DNA from: Pavona decussata
Lineage: Eukaryota
Length of the DNA stretch: 64,000 nt
Reading direction: 5' to 3'
Assembly: GCA_977016875.1 (NCBI GenBank)
Contig: CDRNST010000049.1
Span: 868,001 to 932,000, forward strand
Shown here: piece by piece, positions 50,024 through 63,890 of the stretch
How positions within the stretch are numbered: position 1 is the first letter of the stretch
Layout of the letters: the number at the start of each line of letters is the position of its first letter
Made by a program: the position numbers and the translations under genes
Notes under the pieces: generated by a model
Told to the model about the DNA's origin: nothing
The model's input: only the letters and a program-made list of their open reading frames with translations
The model's database searches: none

Positions 50024-53000
50024 CTAAAAAAACACGACACAAAAACAACATTTTCCAATTTAGCTGTCAAGAATTGTTGGCTGCTCCATTCACCAAGATG
50101 TTAAGGCCCGTTTAAACGGTTTCAACAATTGCTTCAACATGCGCTCAACACAGTTGTTGAACCAAATGTCAGGCGTTTGAACAGGTCGTTCAACATTGTT
50201 GAAAGCTTGTTGAAAGTGTGTTCAATCAAACTTAAATTGGTTTAAAATTACATTCAACATCGCTTCAACATTTCCTTTGTTCTTGAAAATGTTGAATGGC
50301 GTTGAAACAGTTTGAACACTCCGTTCATTCAACATACGCTCAACACCCGCTCAACTTTTGTTCAACGAATGTTGGGCAAATGTTGAAACCGTTTAAATGG
50401 GCCTTTAGTATTTACCCAAATTTGGTAGTACTGTTGGGAAAAAATAAACAGTGGCAAAAATAGCCAATCATAATGCAATACTCAGGGATACTCAACAGGT
50501 TTATTTCAGCGGATATCTGTTCGGAAGACCTCTATCGCCTCGGGAACTTGGATTTAGTTGTAAAGATAATCGAAATTTTTTTTCAGTAAAATGTACGCTC
50601 GAATTCCTTTCATTTTTGAAGGAGAAATATGTCGTTAAAAATCCGAAAAAGGGTCAACTAGCTTTATTGTAAAGCCAAAGAAGGTCCTCTTTTTGGTGAT
50701 TCAAATTGAATCAATAAAACGAACAATGGACATTAAATGTAACGGTCAATAAACGAAAAGAAAAACGTTTAGGAATTTTTTTAGATAGACCTTTTTTTTT
50801 TCCAGGTATGAATCTTCAAAACGAAGAGTGTTTGTAAACGTTGGGGAACAAGTGGCCGCTGCGATAACACTCTTCCAAAAAGTGGAAAAGAGGACAACGG
50901 AGAAAGAATGTGAAACGGTAAGCAGTGCTATACTCGATCATTCTGGGCTGATGATAGAGATACTGTACTTTAGAATGGGTAGTTCTGATAGCTAATCCGT
51001 CAAACACAAATCTACAAACTGCTAACCTTACCTGAAAAGTGCTGTCGCTCAGATAAGCTTCTAGCTTGGCGGGATCTACTCCTTGTGGGGGAGGAACCTT
51101 CTGGAGCTCAGCCAACGTGTAAAAGTCCCTTTGAAAACAAATTACAAACATGACAAATGTGTACAACAGTTACAAGCATTTTAATGAATATGTGAGGAAT
51201 ACAATGCCATTACCCCCTCTCCACTTCCCATTGGGGAGGAGAGTGGGTGGAAGTCCCTTCTCATCAACCACCTATAAGCAGGCATACTTGTAATTTATTC
51301 ATGGCCAGTTTGGTCTATTTAGTTACATCTGTGATACTACTTTCCCTTTCTCTTTTGTTTGGTTAAATCTGCTATGGGCGACATCAATCTAACGATACCT
51401 ACTTTGTGAACTCTTGTAACAAATCGCTAGCAGAGTGTCTGACATTTGGCTGCTTGCCATCCTGTAAAAAACATATCAACGTATTTTAGAGTCTAATTAT
51501 GTGATAACCTAAAAATGATTTACAAAGATACACGAGGGGAAAACTTTGAAACTGATATGATTAATTGTTCAGCAACTCTAGATTCATTCCCAAATCCCAA
51601 AGTAAAGGCTCAGATGTGTTTAAAATGACTCGACTAAACACTATGGGTCAGTTATTTAAGCAGAGTCTAACTTGGGCCCCGACATAAGACAATCAGTGGT
51701 CCTCCAAATCTGTTTATAAGTGGTCTATTTTAAGTAGATAAATAGTATTCTAGTCTGGGATGCAAGCCTTCTTGTTACCGTCGGTAGTAGACAATGTTTA
51801 GATATGATTGTTGGCAAAATTGAAAATGGCTTAGGACGTGGTTTTGTTAAACACCGCCTAAACTGTCTTTTAATATCTGGCCCTATATCAGTCTTGCTAT
51901 GTATCGCCAGAATAGAAGTGGATCGGAAGGTCTTCCTCGACGTTATGGTAAAAAATCGGTAAAACAGATTTGTTCCCCATTAAAGAAAAAAAAAAAAAAA
52001 GAAAAAGAAAATACTAGATATATTCCATTAATTTTGATCCTTGAGGCGCACCAGATGTCCAAGAAACTAGGTTCAACGTTTATTTCGGCACAGTCCAAAA
52101 AATATAAAAACCCATAAGAGGTAGCCATGTTATCTGTAATCCACTCAGGTGGTTTTTTCAATCCTCTCTTATGGTACAAACCTGCTTCTGTATTCTGATA
52201 ACATCTGGTGTGTCATTCCAGTAAGGGAAGAGAGCCTTGAAGGTCATGGGTTCCATGCCAGCATAAACCACATAAACCCGGTGCGAGACTCGTTTCCCAG
52301 CCTCTGCAACACCAAAATTAAATCAAACCATTTGTTAGAAAAATAAAGAAAAATATACTGAGAATGGAATCATGACCTGGCCATCCAGCGGATTAAATGT
52401 ACTGCAGCCAATCCATTGTATCCGCTGGATTAAGTTGTCCGCTCTTTGAACAACTGGAGCCAGGCCTAGAGCACAACATCACAATTCTTTCACATTGACG
52501 ACAATGTTATACAATTTTTAACTCTGTTTATATTGCTGTAATTTGTACTTGTTGGTGAAGATTGTGAAGGATAAAAACGTTCTGTTTGCTATGGTGTTTA
52601 GAAAAGCCAAAACGAGAGATGGGGCATCACGGGACTTAACAAAACAAAACAAAAAAAAAATTGGATTTAACAATAGATTAATACAACAAAGTTAGTACAG
52701 GTATATGAAAAGTCACACCTAAAAAGACATACTGGTTTAAAAGCAAACCTTTAGCATAACTCAGAGCTGTTTCCATTGCAAGTCGCCTGTCTCTGTCCCA
52801 GCGCTGTCTTCCTGATCCAGTTCGCACGTCATCATCCTCCTCCGGCATCCATCCTTCCCATACATACACATCATAATACCCATCAACTATGAACAATGCT
52901 GCAGAGAGAGCAAAAAGGACAGCATTTTAGGGGCTAGGAGACATTGTGAGGGCAGGAAATGTTTCTTTTTCCTAATCAGGAAAAGTGTCCTTCAAAGCCT

Positions 53001-56000
53001 TTACTAGACATAACGACAAAATTACTTGGACATCTGACATTAGGAGTTGTTGCCAGGGACACAATCCGCTGGCATAAATGACATTGTAAACTGTTCGTCA
53101 AGCACGAAAGATAGATATGGAGGGCTTGGGCGTGTGACTGGGGTTTACCACAAAACAAGGCATAATTTCTCTTAGAGCCACAAACAAAGATGACTTTCTT
53201 TTCAATGCTCTGTGGCCAGTTGAGATCTTAAAGAGAAAGAATGGCTACTTTGTCCAAGCACATGTATGTATTATAAACAGTTAAACATTGCACAATTTTG
53301 GTGGAGCGTTCAGCCATGATTAACAATTACTTCCAATTCCGGTTTGGTAACGGTGCTTTAGGTGATTTTCCCATACTAACAAACATGCCCATACCGGGAT
53401 AACACTTTTACTTACAGTACAATGATACCTGCTATATGTGACCTTGTAGCTCACAAGAAACCAAATCTCCGACCACATAACAAACACTGTCAGCCATTTA
53501 ATCTACCAGGCTTATCAGGGCCAATAGGCCTCCCTACTTCATTTGACCCGTTTCTACAAAAAGGAAGCTCAAGGTACTTAGAACGCCTCATACACAACTT
53601 AGGACTGGTGGTGTAACACTTTGAGACATTGAACTCTTGACGTTGCCTGACGAAATGGTGGACAATTTTTGAGTGTTGACTGTTGTTATTGAAACACGTG
53701 AAAACGAATTCACGTGATGAAGTTCCACAAGCTTTTCAATTGATGGTTTGCATGTGACGTCATGGCGGCTATGTTGTTGGACAGGAACAATAAGATTTTT
53801 CTCCTCTGGGAGTTCACTCCATTTTTATGCAAACTTTGTGAACAAATTTCTTTTGCTTTGTCCACCAACATGGCGGCAATACAAACCACCTATTGTCATG
53901 CTTTTTAATTTTGAAATAGAAACAAAGGCTTCTTCAACGAAACTTGCTCCATGTTTAGTGTGATATAAATATAAATATCATCAACCAATATGTTTTTGTT
54001 GTAGTACTCCACAGTGCAGCACTCAATTGCTATTTGGTTTCAAAATATGTTTCCAAATGCCCCAGTGCTTTTCATTTCCCTAGGAAATAACTAGGTCATA
54101 CCTGGTTGTTTGGCTGTATAAAGATCTTCTTGAATGAATGGAAATGGACACAGCTTTGGTTCTGATCGTGACGGGCACAACACTTCACTGGCAGTAAACT
54201 TTCCCGTGGCACTACTCAGCTCAAAAAGACGTGGCTGATAGTTGTGCTTAGATGGATCTGGAGAAGATTAGTTATATGTATTAATAAGCTAAATAATTTT
54301 TTGCCATTCCCCATTTCATGACTGGCCAAATATGTTTATCTCACAAAACATTTACAAGAAACTCGACAGCCTAAACTCACATTATACTGAACTTTTCATT
54401 CACGAACTCGAACCAAAAGCTATTCCTTAAGCTGCCGCCCTCGAATAAAATCCTAGAAGCCAAGTGGTAGGAGTTTAAAAAAACGAAGCCTGCTGTGAAA
54501 TGCTAGTGCACTTTTTTTTCTTTAGTATTGTTACTATTGTTCTTTCTTTTATCCCCTGCATGCAAATCTGTAATATGTATATTCATTTCTGTATAGTTTT
54601 AGGTGTGGTAAAATACTCATTCTGTACAAAAAGGTTTGAACCTTAAGTAAGTGTTACTGAATCCACTTAGTAAAATAATTACCATGCGCCAGACTACAGT
54701 AGTACTTCTTCCCTCCAATTGCCTTCCAGAACTCATCTGGTTCATTCCCTTCCTCGACCTCAGTCAAATGTATCTCTGACAATCCTGCCATGTTGCACTC
54801 AACACTTTTCCTGCAAATAGAAACATTGACCAGAGTCAAGGTGGGTAATGTTAAGGATATATCTAATGCAATTCAACGCTACATGTAACGGAAAACACTA
54901 TAAACAAAACTCTATTTGATGAAGTGTTACTGAACTAAAGTATTGTGCTTTTTTGCTGCTGTTGAAAATGTAATTAAGCTCTTCCTCAACAAGGCGGCTG
55001 GCATATGGGATTATGTTTTGGGGTCTAACGATGGGAACTGCTTGGGCATTGACGTCACAGTTTGTATTACCTATCTATAAATGGGTCCATACAGTGAGAT
55101 GTCAAACTGTTCAAGGATTTTGGACCAGACAAACAAAGCCTCTGTAAAATGTAAGATGTGCCCAGTTTTCTCAAGTAATTTGCTTATGACCCTGTATCGA
55201 ATAGCTGTCTTGCCTTAGTTTACGGGTGGAAATATTTGTTAAGGGCGATTTACACAGTACGACTTTGTCGCATGCGACAAGCTTACGACAGGCCTACGAC
55301 AAGAATTGTTTCGTGTAAATCAACCCTACAACTAGCTTACGACTGTCGTGTACGTCACAAAAAATGTCGTAGGATCTTAAAACATGTTTTAAAATCCTAC
55401 GGTAATTGTAGGTATAGGATATGTTGAGTGACGAGAGTTGTGTGCGATGTTTTGCATGACGCGAGCAGAGCGCGCTCCAGAAATTGCATGCGACAGTCGT
55501 GAGCAAAAGTTGTACCACCCCAATCGACCTTTACACTTCCATTTCTATCTTCGCAAGGTTATCTTGTTTGGTGTGACGATTTTTTGGTTTCCCAGAGAAC
55601 ACAGACGTGAGATCAGTGTAATCACATCTGATAATGGGAATGTATTATTCAGTAAGTAACATCGGCAAACTCGGAAAAAGGAAATCCGAGTGCCACACAT
55701 TGACATTCAAATCCTAGCAAGTATGCAGGATGTTTGCTACTCCTAATAGGAGCACTCGGATTTCGTTTTTCCGAGTATGCCTGTGTTACTCACTCTGAAT
55801 AATACGTCATTCTCATTCATTCACCGGGCTTAAAATAAACAACATCACGTTTATTCCACATCTGTTAATGTTTACAACTACTATAAACATGCTGAATAGG
55901 TACCTTTCCTGAACTTTCTCGGCTGCTACTTTAGCTGTTTTACGAGAATCAGAACTTGACTTGCAGCCATGCCACAAGTAGACATAAGCCTCCTTCCGCA

Positions 56001-57156
56001 CCACGAGTACAAAACTGGTGCGTGATCGCAGAGAATAAGAGCTGAAAAGAGAATATAACAGTTATGGCATCAGACGTAAGGGACTCAAACGATAAACTCA
56101 ACGTTCCATTACCGCGCACAAACTATTACAAAAATAGCTTTAGTTACAGTGGCGCCATTCTATGGAACAGCCTTCCATGTGACGCAAGGCAAGCAGAGTC
56201 CCTTGAGAAATTCAAGCGTGCATACAAATAAGTACTCTAAGGGACTGCATTCGTGGAAAGCGGCTTTTTACTAATTTTTATATCTACATCGTTTACTAGT
56301 GAATTATTATCTTTGTAATGATTTAATAGGCCATTTCCGAGTTGCTGTGAACCTCACTATGAAAGCGAGGCTAAGTGCAAAACTTTTCAGATGAAAATAA
56401 GTCTTGTTTGCATATGAATGAAAACTAATTTTCGTAACAAAAACTTTGCACCTAGCCTCGCTTTCATATTCAGGTTCAAAGCAACTCGGAAATGGTCTAT
56501 TAGTTGTCGCTGATGAATTCTCCGTGATTAAATAAAGATAAAGTAAAAAATATATAAACACACCAAAAACTGTCTTTGTTTTTTAAATAAACTGACGAGG
56601 CAAAACTTAACGCAAAGAAAACGATTTCAGTCACCAGGTTGAGATTCATGAAGCTCATCGGCCTTTACAGGAAGTATAACATCGCATTCTTTAGTACAGG
56701 TTCTCAATTTGGACAATACAGAGTTACAAAAATAATGATCTACAGTATCTGGGTTCACGTTAGCACTGCAACATACAGTGCAGATTAAATTCTCTGATCC
56801 ATCATTTGTGGCATTACTGCTTGTGGAGCAACATTCATTGCATCCTTCTCTACTCGTTAGCTGTGTTGCAGATTCAAGGTCTGAACGTAACTTAAGTTAT
56901 CATCAATAATGTCACTACATGTTAACCCTTGTTTTCTTGCGCTTAAGGACGGTGCCTACTAATACCGAAGTATTTTTGTGCGGTTTATGACTATGCGGGA
57001 AAAGCAGATTTTAGCAAGGCCTATTAAAATCCAAAAAGAAAACTGGCGGTAACCACGCATTTTTCGGAGATAATTAAGCAATAATATCTCTAAAAAGCGC
57101 CAAAATATAAAGCAATGTACGGGATTTTTTCCTAAATTGAAGTTTAATTATCTCTG

Positions 57157-57187
<31 letters not shown>

Positions 57188-57296
57188 GAGATACCAAAAG
57201 CATTTGCTAAGTTCTGCTTTCTCCGTATAGTTTTAAACCGCGCAATAATATCCCTGTATTAGTAGGCACCACCCATAAGAAACGCGAGTATCTCGC

Positions 57297-57331
<35 letters not shown>

Positions 57332-60300
57332 AACCGTCCTTAATTGAGAAGCTTCGCAAAATCAAGTACCAAAACTTAACTATTTAAAGGCAGTTTCCCA
57401 AGTACTGAAAACCTCACTACAAAACGTACCTTGCCTTGACCTGATTCAAGCAGGCTTCTTCTGGCTCTTCATTACGAATTACGTACAAACGAGTTGTAGA
57501 AGTATCTAGAAAATAAAAAGCTCAGTATTAAATTGCTGAGGTATCTACAAAACAAGTGATACTCATGAAAGAACTTCCATAATTCTGTTTTACACGGAAC
57601 GAAGGTAAAGATAAGTTTAGCTAGTGAACTTGAGCAGAGGGATGTGAGATAGACTAGAGAGTTTTGACAAAGCGCACTCAATAATGCTTTCCTTTTCTCG
57701 CAGGTTACTCAGTAGTAAACTCAAGGTTAGCCTCCTGGGACTGTCATGAACAAGCCTCAAGAGCGTCTGACCAGGAGACCAGCTCAAGGTAGGTTCATGT
57801 ATGTGCGTGTTTCCTTCACCGGATAGCCATAGTGCATCAGAATTTAGCTTGGAAGAAGGGGAAACTGAAGCCTGCGTAGAAACGTCTCCTTTCCCTTTGC
57901 TTCAGCGTGAAGCAAAGGAAGTAGGAGAGGTTTGCGCAAAAGCTAGGAAAACAAGTTGCAAACAAAACTGTCTAGTGAAACAGCGCCTTTACTTAAGGGG
58001 CAGTTTATAACAGGAAAAAATGCTGACATTTAATATGATCTTAGGTAAAGGAGAAATATAGCAACAAAACGAGAGAGCACGTGTACCCTAGATTGTACAA
58101 TGCAAAACATAACTTAGTGCGGAAATGGCAATCTGGACCTACCTGAAAAAGTGGCTGTACTCTCATCTACAGGATTTTTCCTAATAAGTAAAATACAAAA
58201 CACGCTTTTAATTGGAGGACCACTCATTAGTCACCCCTTGTAGTAACTACTTGATGAACATATGCAACAAGACAGCGAGGGCTAGAGAATGGTAAAGGTA
58301 AAGTATCTGTGACTGCCAAACGAGAAAGGTCATACATGTATCAACATGTATATTCTCCTCACTGCCCACCCTTATTTCTTATGGCACTATTTGGGAGAAT
58401 TTGTTTCAATCCTAGGGTAAATCAGATGCTGATCTCTACTGGCCTTGAAGTGTTAAAATGAATCTTTTAGACACAATGAAAAAATGCGTAGTTACCGCAA
58501 AGTTTCATTTTGGATTTCAATACCTCTTTCTAAAATCTGCGTTCCCCGCAGTCATAAACCAAGCAAAAATACCACTGCATCAGGAGGTACCAATACCATC
58601 CTCAAGAAGTCACAAGAGGGAACAAGGTACAATCCAAGATCGAGTAGGCAGCGAGTTTGCTGCCACGCTGAGGTAACACAAGACCATTTTTTCAAACTTT
58701 CCCTCTATAAAACACCCTGTTGCATAAGCTCTAAATTATCAGGTCTTGTAGGGGGATGTAAGTACAATTCTGCGAGAAGTGCTGTGTTGGTGAAAATGTA
58801 AACGACAGTGCGTAGAGTAATGAATAAACGTTGGATATATTATTTCGCAACTTTACAAAATTTATTATTTCATGTTTTAGAGAAACATTTATATTATGAA
58901 TTCAAGGTAGTCGTTTACCGATTAACTGAATATTTGTTAAACAATAAAATGATATTGTCACTATCTTTGATGACTACAAATGGTTTAGGGGATCATGTCC
59001 GTATTGATCTCTTATTATTAATTACATTAAGTTTAACATGCCAGGAACGAAGCTGGCAATATAAAATATAATATTTTTTTTCAGAATTTGTGTAATTGAA
59101 AGGCAGAAATAACAGCAACAAAATTGACCTCCGGTATGTTATAGAATAATTAAAACATTTTAATTTTTTTTTTCACCAAATCACCAACTGGTTCCTTCAC
59201 GATAAGTAACATTCGAAGCAAAATGTTTCCTACTTAATTAACTTCATTTCCCAATGCTACCAATGCCACTATTTTAAAAGAAAAACAATGTGTCAATAGA
59301 GTTCGATGACACATTGACTTTTTGAGCATTCTAAAAGATTTCTGACGCAGTCTGTTTGAACAGGCCAATCAAAATTTAAGGGTTTGTAAAGACGCAAACT
59401 AGTTTTCCTTTATATGGCGGTTGGGCTTTCTTGTGACTCAAATGTGCGTGCGTTTTTTTTGTTTCTTTTTTTGGTAGAATTAGAATTTCTACACTTCATC
59501 GACTTGGGATACAGTTTACCTGCCTGGTTAATGGTATGTACCTTGTCTTCATACCTTTAACATAAATTACTGTACATTTGACCAAAAATTAAGGGAGCAA
59601 GATGCCCATAAGACAACCCACGTAAAGCAACACAATTTTTCACAGTGTTATTGTTGTCATCGGTTTAGCTCACGAAATCTTTCTTCAAATTAAGCTGAAA
59701 CTTAATATTAGTCATTAATTTACTCATATTTATATTTTGTTTATATTTACATACACTGGAAAGTCTGCATTCGTTCTAAATTGCACCGTATTGCATTGCA
59801 ATACTACTAAACAGAAGTAGCTTTTTACCAGATTACCCAAAGAGAAAGGAAGCTACAAAACCAAATGAAACTTACTTTTCTGGGTCAAACCAGCACTTGG
59901 GTACGCTGTTAATAAGAGAATTAATGTGAACATTAAAATGTACATGCAGGGACCTGGGAAACCTGCTTAAAACAATCCTTTGCCGTAATGATGTTTACAA
60001 GGTTAGTATATTTAAGTGTACATGCAGGGCCGGGGCGGACTACAGTGTTCCACTAGTTACATCATCTCTTTTTCAAGGTTAGAATAATAACATGCTTTTA
60101 AAGAAAAATTTAAACCAGTTGTCAGTTTAAAGGTGGAGGTTGCAGGGGTAAACACGAAAAACGGTCATTGTTGGTGATTCATGAAATGACGGCAAGGAAA
60201 TGCATATTTACTGATCATGCAAAACTCGATGTTAAAATGAAAGCATGCATGTGAATAAACTGATCATGCAGTAACTCGTTGAAAGGAAGGCGTGCTTGTG

Positions 60301-63300
60301 AATAAACTGATCATGCAGTATCTCAATGTTGTTGAAAGGAAGGCATGCATATGAATAAACTGACATGCAGTAACTTAATGTTGTTGAAAGGAAGACGTGC
60401 ATGTGAATAGACTGACCATGCAGTAACTCGTTGTTGTTGAAATGCAAACATGAACATGCAAATGAACAAAACGAACATGCAGTGACATATTGCCGTGGTG
60501 GATTCTTTCTTCGATGCATTTCTCGTACATCATGCAATGTTCAAAGCAAGGTGCAACAAAAGTGAGGGACCCAGTAATGCCCCTTTCCAAGGCAGAAGTT
60601 ACAACCTTTACTTGACCATCAGTGAATCGTGTATTATTTGCGTTTCCTCTCTTCATACTTCTTGAGAAGTATGCCGTGACCCATTCGGGTGAATGTGCAT
60701 GGTGTTCATGCCATTCCAACATACATTTTCAAACTGGTAAACACATTTTCAATCTCAAGCTAAACAAAGCAGCAACTAAAAAATCATTTTCACAGACAAC
60801 TACGCAAAAAGGACACCTCATTACAATTGTTGTTACATGTATGTCCGCTGCACATGATAAACAAATTTAATTTTTTTGTAGAGAGGCTAGGTTCGCCACA
60901 ATACAAAGGCAAAAAGGTTGGAATGGGCACCATGTTCAAAAGCTATTTTAAACTGTCAGAATTCCTGCATGCTAATGACTTCAGATGTAACATGCGCGCT
61001 TTTGTTAACAGAAAATAAGGCAAATTCTGCTCGTGCTTTTCCATGTTATTGTAAAAAACAAACCGACGGGAGTTTTCTAGGGTCTTTACTCTTACAGACC
61101 ATAAAATGACGCTATAAAAACACTCAAAACTTGGCAGTGAAACAACTCGCCTGCGACACGTTGTTCCACTTGAGTTTTGAACATTTTAAGACGTCATTTT
61201 ATAGTCCATAAGAGTATAGACCATAGAGAACTGCAGTCAACTGTGCATGCACGCACACCTGTTGCACTGTCAAAAATTTCGTGCTGTTGAAGGCACGTGA
61301 AAAATTTTATGTGCTCCAGAATAAAGTAAACATCGTACATTCAAAACGAAAACTCATGCTGTACTTATTAATTTCAAGCAAAACGCTGACAGGAAGCATT
61401 ATGCTCTAAACAGTCCTGTACCTGCCACTGTGAATGATCATTCCTCCTTTGAAAAGATTCAGAAAGACTGGGTTTTCCTTTCCTTGCACCACCCTTACCT
61501 ACAAACAGAGGTAAATGCAAATTTATAAATGTAAAGACAAATTCTGAGTTGAAGATACATGTAGTCTTTTTCAGTTAACCATACTACAGGAAGATTTTGC
61601 TTTTCACAATAACTGACAAAATTCCTGCACACTGATTGGCTCGTAGCCATTGTCTATAATATTACAGACAATAAAAATGATGTCAGATGTAACGCGCGCG
61701 CTTTCTTAACGAAAAATAAAGCCAATTCCACTCGTACTTTTTCCATGTTATTGCAAAAAACAAATCGATGGCAGTTTTCTATGGTCTATACTCTTACAGA
61801 CCATAAAATGACGCCATAAAATGCACAAAACTTGGTAGTGAAACCACTCGTTGCGGCTCGTGGTTCCACCATAAAAAACTGCCGTCAATTTGTTAAACAT
61901 ATGCATATTTTGTATGATATAATAATAATAATAATAATAAAACTTATATAGCGCCGATATCAATAAGACTATTTTCATCAGCGCTTAAAAACGTAAAACT
62001 AGAAACTATATAAAATTATAAAAAAGCTTTCTGAAATAAAAATGTCTTGAGTGTCTGTTTAAAAGATGCTACAGACGGGCTACTCCTGATCGCATAGGGC
62101 AGTAAATTCCATAGTTTAGGAGCAGCCACAGCAAAAGATCGATCTCCTAACGTTGTTAAGGTCTTGAATTTCACAGTGTTAAGTAGCAGTCCATCACAGT
62201 CGGAGCGTAACTTGTATTTACATGGTTCTTTAACATTAATAAGTTCCTTTAGATAAAAAGGCGCTAAGCCATTGATAGCCTTATACGTCAGCAATAATAT
62301 CTTAAAGTCAATTCGAAATTTAACCGGCAGTCAGTGCAGATTAAACAACAGTGGACTTACATGGCAGTATTAAGATTTCTGGAAAATAAACCTAGCAGCA
62401 GCATTTTGGACTCTCTGCAGCTTATGAAGCTGATAGGTTGGCAGGCCATAGAGCAGGCTGCTGACTTGATATGCCACTCCCACGCCATTTATAAAATCCC
62501 ACTGCTATTCCTCCTTGTGGAGTGTTGGAATGTTACGTTTTCTTTATTCTCTTGATAGCGTCAATTTACGTCATTCTTCAATTCAATTATTTAGTGCTTG
62601 TACGTAATAAGTTTTAATTAATGTAATTTTGTGCTAATGTATTTTGTTGTACCTTTCTGTGGTCAATAAAATGTTACAAAAAATTGCTGTAGACTGAGAG
62701 TGCTGCAGTCCCTCTTTGATTGGAAATATCAGAAACAACCGTTGAAAAGTATTTTGCAAATCAGGTTCAAGTTCCATATACAGAGTGTACAAGTAACTGA
62801 AACACTGTTTTCATTACTAATGATAATTATACACTTTAATTTGTAAAGTTCAATTTTCGACGTTGAAGAAAATGGCATGTAAGCGCAAAATCTAAATTCA
62901 GGGTGGCTATTCCCCTGCACCACCCTAGGATACCATGTACCGGTAGTTATATTGTCACTGCAACCGTGGTGAACCTTGTTCCATACTTGATCACACAGAA
63001 ATGCACGCAAAAGGCCAAGTGATACCTAGGGTGCTACCATTATTTTACGCAAACCACCCACATGAAAATTTTTGGCATAAATACGAAATGATTTAGCAGA
63101 TGGATAACATGCAAAATGTATGAATATCAGCTGCAAATCCCAAAAGGAGTAATAAAACTGCATCACTTTGACCAGAAGCCCATAATTTCAAGAGTACTCC
63201 AAATGGAATGATGCATACCATTTGATTTTCCAACTGGAATTTCCGGGTTTTCCATTTAAATGGTAAGTACCCCGAGCCTCCTACACAGACGTTCTTAGAC

Positions 63301-63591
63301 TCGTAACATCACACAATGCTCCCCACAAGGATTGCCTGACGTACGTGACAAGCCAAAGAATATCTGCATCGGAGGCTAAGTGTTACCCTACCTGTGGCCC
63401 TTTCTCTTCATCAAGCTCCACAGCCATGATGGCAGCAGCTCCTTTCTCATTCACAGAACAATCATTTCCTTGCCAGAAAAAGTAAGCACAGCGCACACGA
63501 CCCGCCACAGTGGAGCGACAACGTGACTTCCGGTCTTTGACAATTCTGTCAGCAAGTACAAAGTATGCCCACCTGATGACATAGCCTTCCC
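49937..63591 (-). CDS. SVIL: Supervillin (gelsolin/villin family), 3' part; 12 phase-consistent coding exons, gene continues beyond the window
   Basis: GT-AG exons with matching phases translate to gelsolin repeats, the supervillin-type PFIQEDLY..QPALFIVD..VYVWEGW motif and a villin headpiece ending KKAVGLF*. Confidence 0.9.
50104..50404. mobile_element. PIF/Harbinger-type MITE in the last supervillin intron
   Basis: TTA|aggcccgtttaaacggtttcaaca ... tgttgaaaccgtttaaatgggcct|TTA. Confidence 0.8.
51032..51128 (-). CDS. SVIL: Supervillin exon (headpiece N-half)
   Basis: DFYTLAELQKVPPPQGVDPAKLEAYLSDSTFQ; AG/GT borders. Confidence 0.9.
51403..51461 (-). CDS. SVIL: Supervillin exon
   Basis: DGKQPNVRHSASDLLQEFT; phases fit neighbours. 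Confidence 0.8.
52182..52303 (-). CDS. SVIL: Supervillin exon
   Basis: VYVVYAGMEPMTFKALFPYW. Confidence 0.88.
52749..52898 (-). CDS. SVIL: Supervillin exon
   Basis: LFIVDGYYDVYVWEGW...RWDRDRRLAMETALSYAK. Confidence 0.9.
54102..54257 (-). CDS. SVIL: Supervillin exon
   Basis: PRLFELSSATGKF...PFPFIQEDLYTAKQP. Confidence 0.9.
54683..54810 (-). CDS. SVIL: Supervillin exon
   Basis: EVEEGNEPDEFWKAIGG. Confidence 0.88.
55242..55530. mobile_element. Harbinger-type MITE (degenerate)
   Basis: TTA|agggcgatt...aatcgacct|TTA with tgtcgcatgc / gcatgcgaca subterminal inverted repeat. Confidence 0.6.
55904..56041 (-). CDS. SVIL: Supervillin exon
   Basis: SLRSRTSFVLV...YVYLWHGCKS. Confidence 0.88.
56075..56550 (+). 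mobile_element. CR1/L2-group LINE 3' fragment, interrupted by a palindromic MITE (56325-56501)
   Basis: LPRTNYYKNSFSYSGAILWNSLP...LEKFK. MITE ends aataggccatttccgagttgc / gcaactcggaaatggtctatt. Confidence 0.7.
56947..57339. mobile_element. TTAA-bounded MITE (Kolobok-like)
   Basis: TTAA|ggacggtgcctacta ... tagtaggaaccgtcc|TTAA. Confidence 0.8.
57430..57505 (-). CDS. SVIL: Supervillin exon
   Basis: TRLYVIRNEEPEEACLNQV. Confidence 0.85.
58143..58180 (-). CDS. SVIL: Supervillin short exon
   Basis: KNPVDESTATFS; required to bridge phase 2 to phase 1. Confidence 0.7.
59876..59905 (-). CDS. SVIL: Candidate 30-nt symmetric microexon of supervillin
   Basis: ttctcttattaacAG|...|GTAAGT; frame-preserving phase 2-2; VPKCWFDPE. 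Confidence 0.5.
60205..60440. repeat. Minisatellite, ~5 copies of a ~50-bp unit
   Basis: Recurrent ctgatcatgcagtaactc..gttgaaaggaaggc.tgcat.tgaataaa. Confidence 0.75.
61422..61498 (-). CDS. SVIL: Supervillin exon
   Basis: VRVVQGKENPVFLNLFKGGMIIHSG. Confidence 0.9.
61919..62460 (-). mobile_element. L2-clade LINE 3' fragment with (TTA)n tail
   Basis: LPVKFRIDFKILLLTYKAINGLAP...LGDRSFAVAAPKLWN...FKQTLKTFLF. Confidence 0.85.
63392..63591 (-). CDS. SVIL: Supervillin exon
   Basis: YVIRWAY...CAYFFWQGNDCSVNEKGAAAIMAVELDEEKGPQ. Confidence 0.9.
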
Positions 63592-63689
63592 CTGCAAGAA
63601 TGAAACAAAAACTTTTGAGGGTGATACAATACATGTACATAAACACCACCAGTTCATTACAGTGTAGCCCTTTTAAATATTAAGTGAAT

Positions 63690-63890
63690 TTCATGTGATG
63701 TTTCACTTTCATCTCATCACCTCTAAGGGTATATTTCACATTCAGAAAATGCCATGCAGCTTCTACATTCTAGTTGCCTTGACAACTCAGTTGGTACAGC
63801 ACAGCAACAGTATCACAGAGATCATGGGTTTGAATCCCATTCAAGATAGAATTTTTATTTTTCATGCTTTCTTTTTGCAACTGCTTATGG
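63690..63890 (+). mobile_element. Degenerate tRNA-derived SINE
   Basis: ctcagttggtacagca (A-box-like) and gggtttgaatccc (B-box-like). Confidence 0.55.

Noticed and set aside
60375-60722. 115-aa ORF / possible extra supervillin exon
   Set aside because: With the nearby acceptor, the frame required by the intron phase hits a stop, and the ORF runs into a minisatellite.
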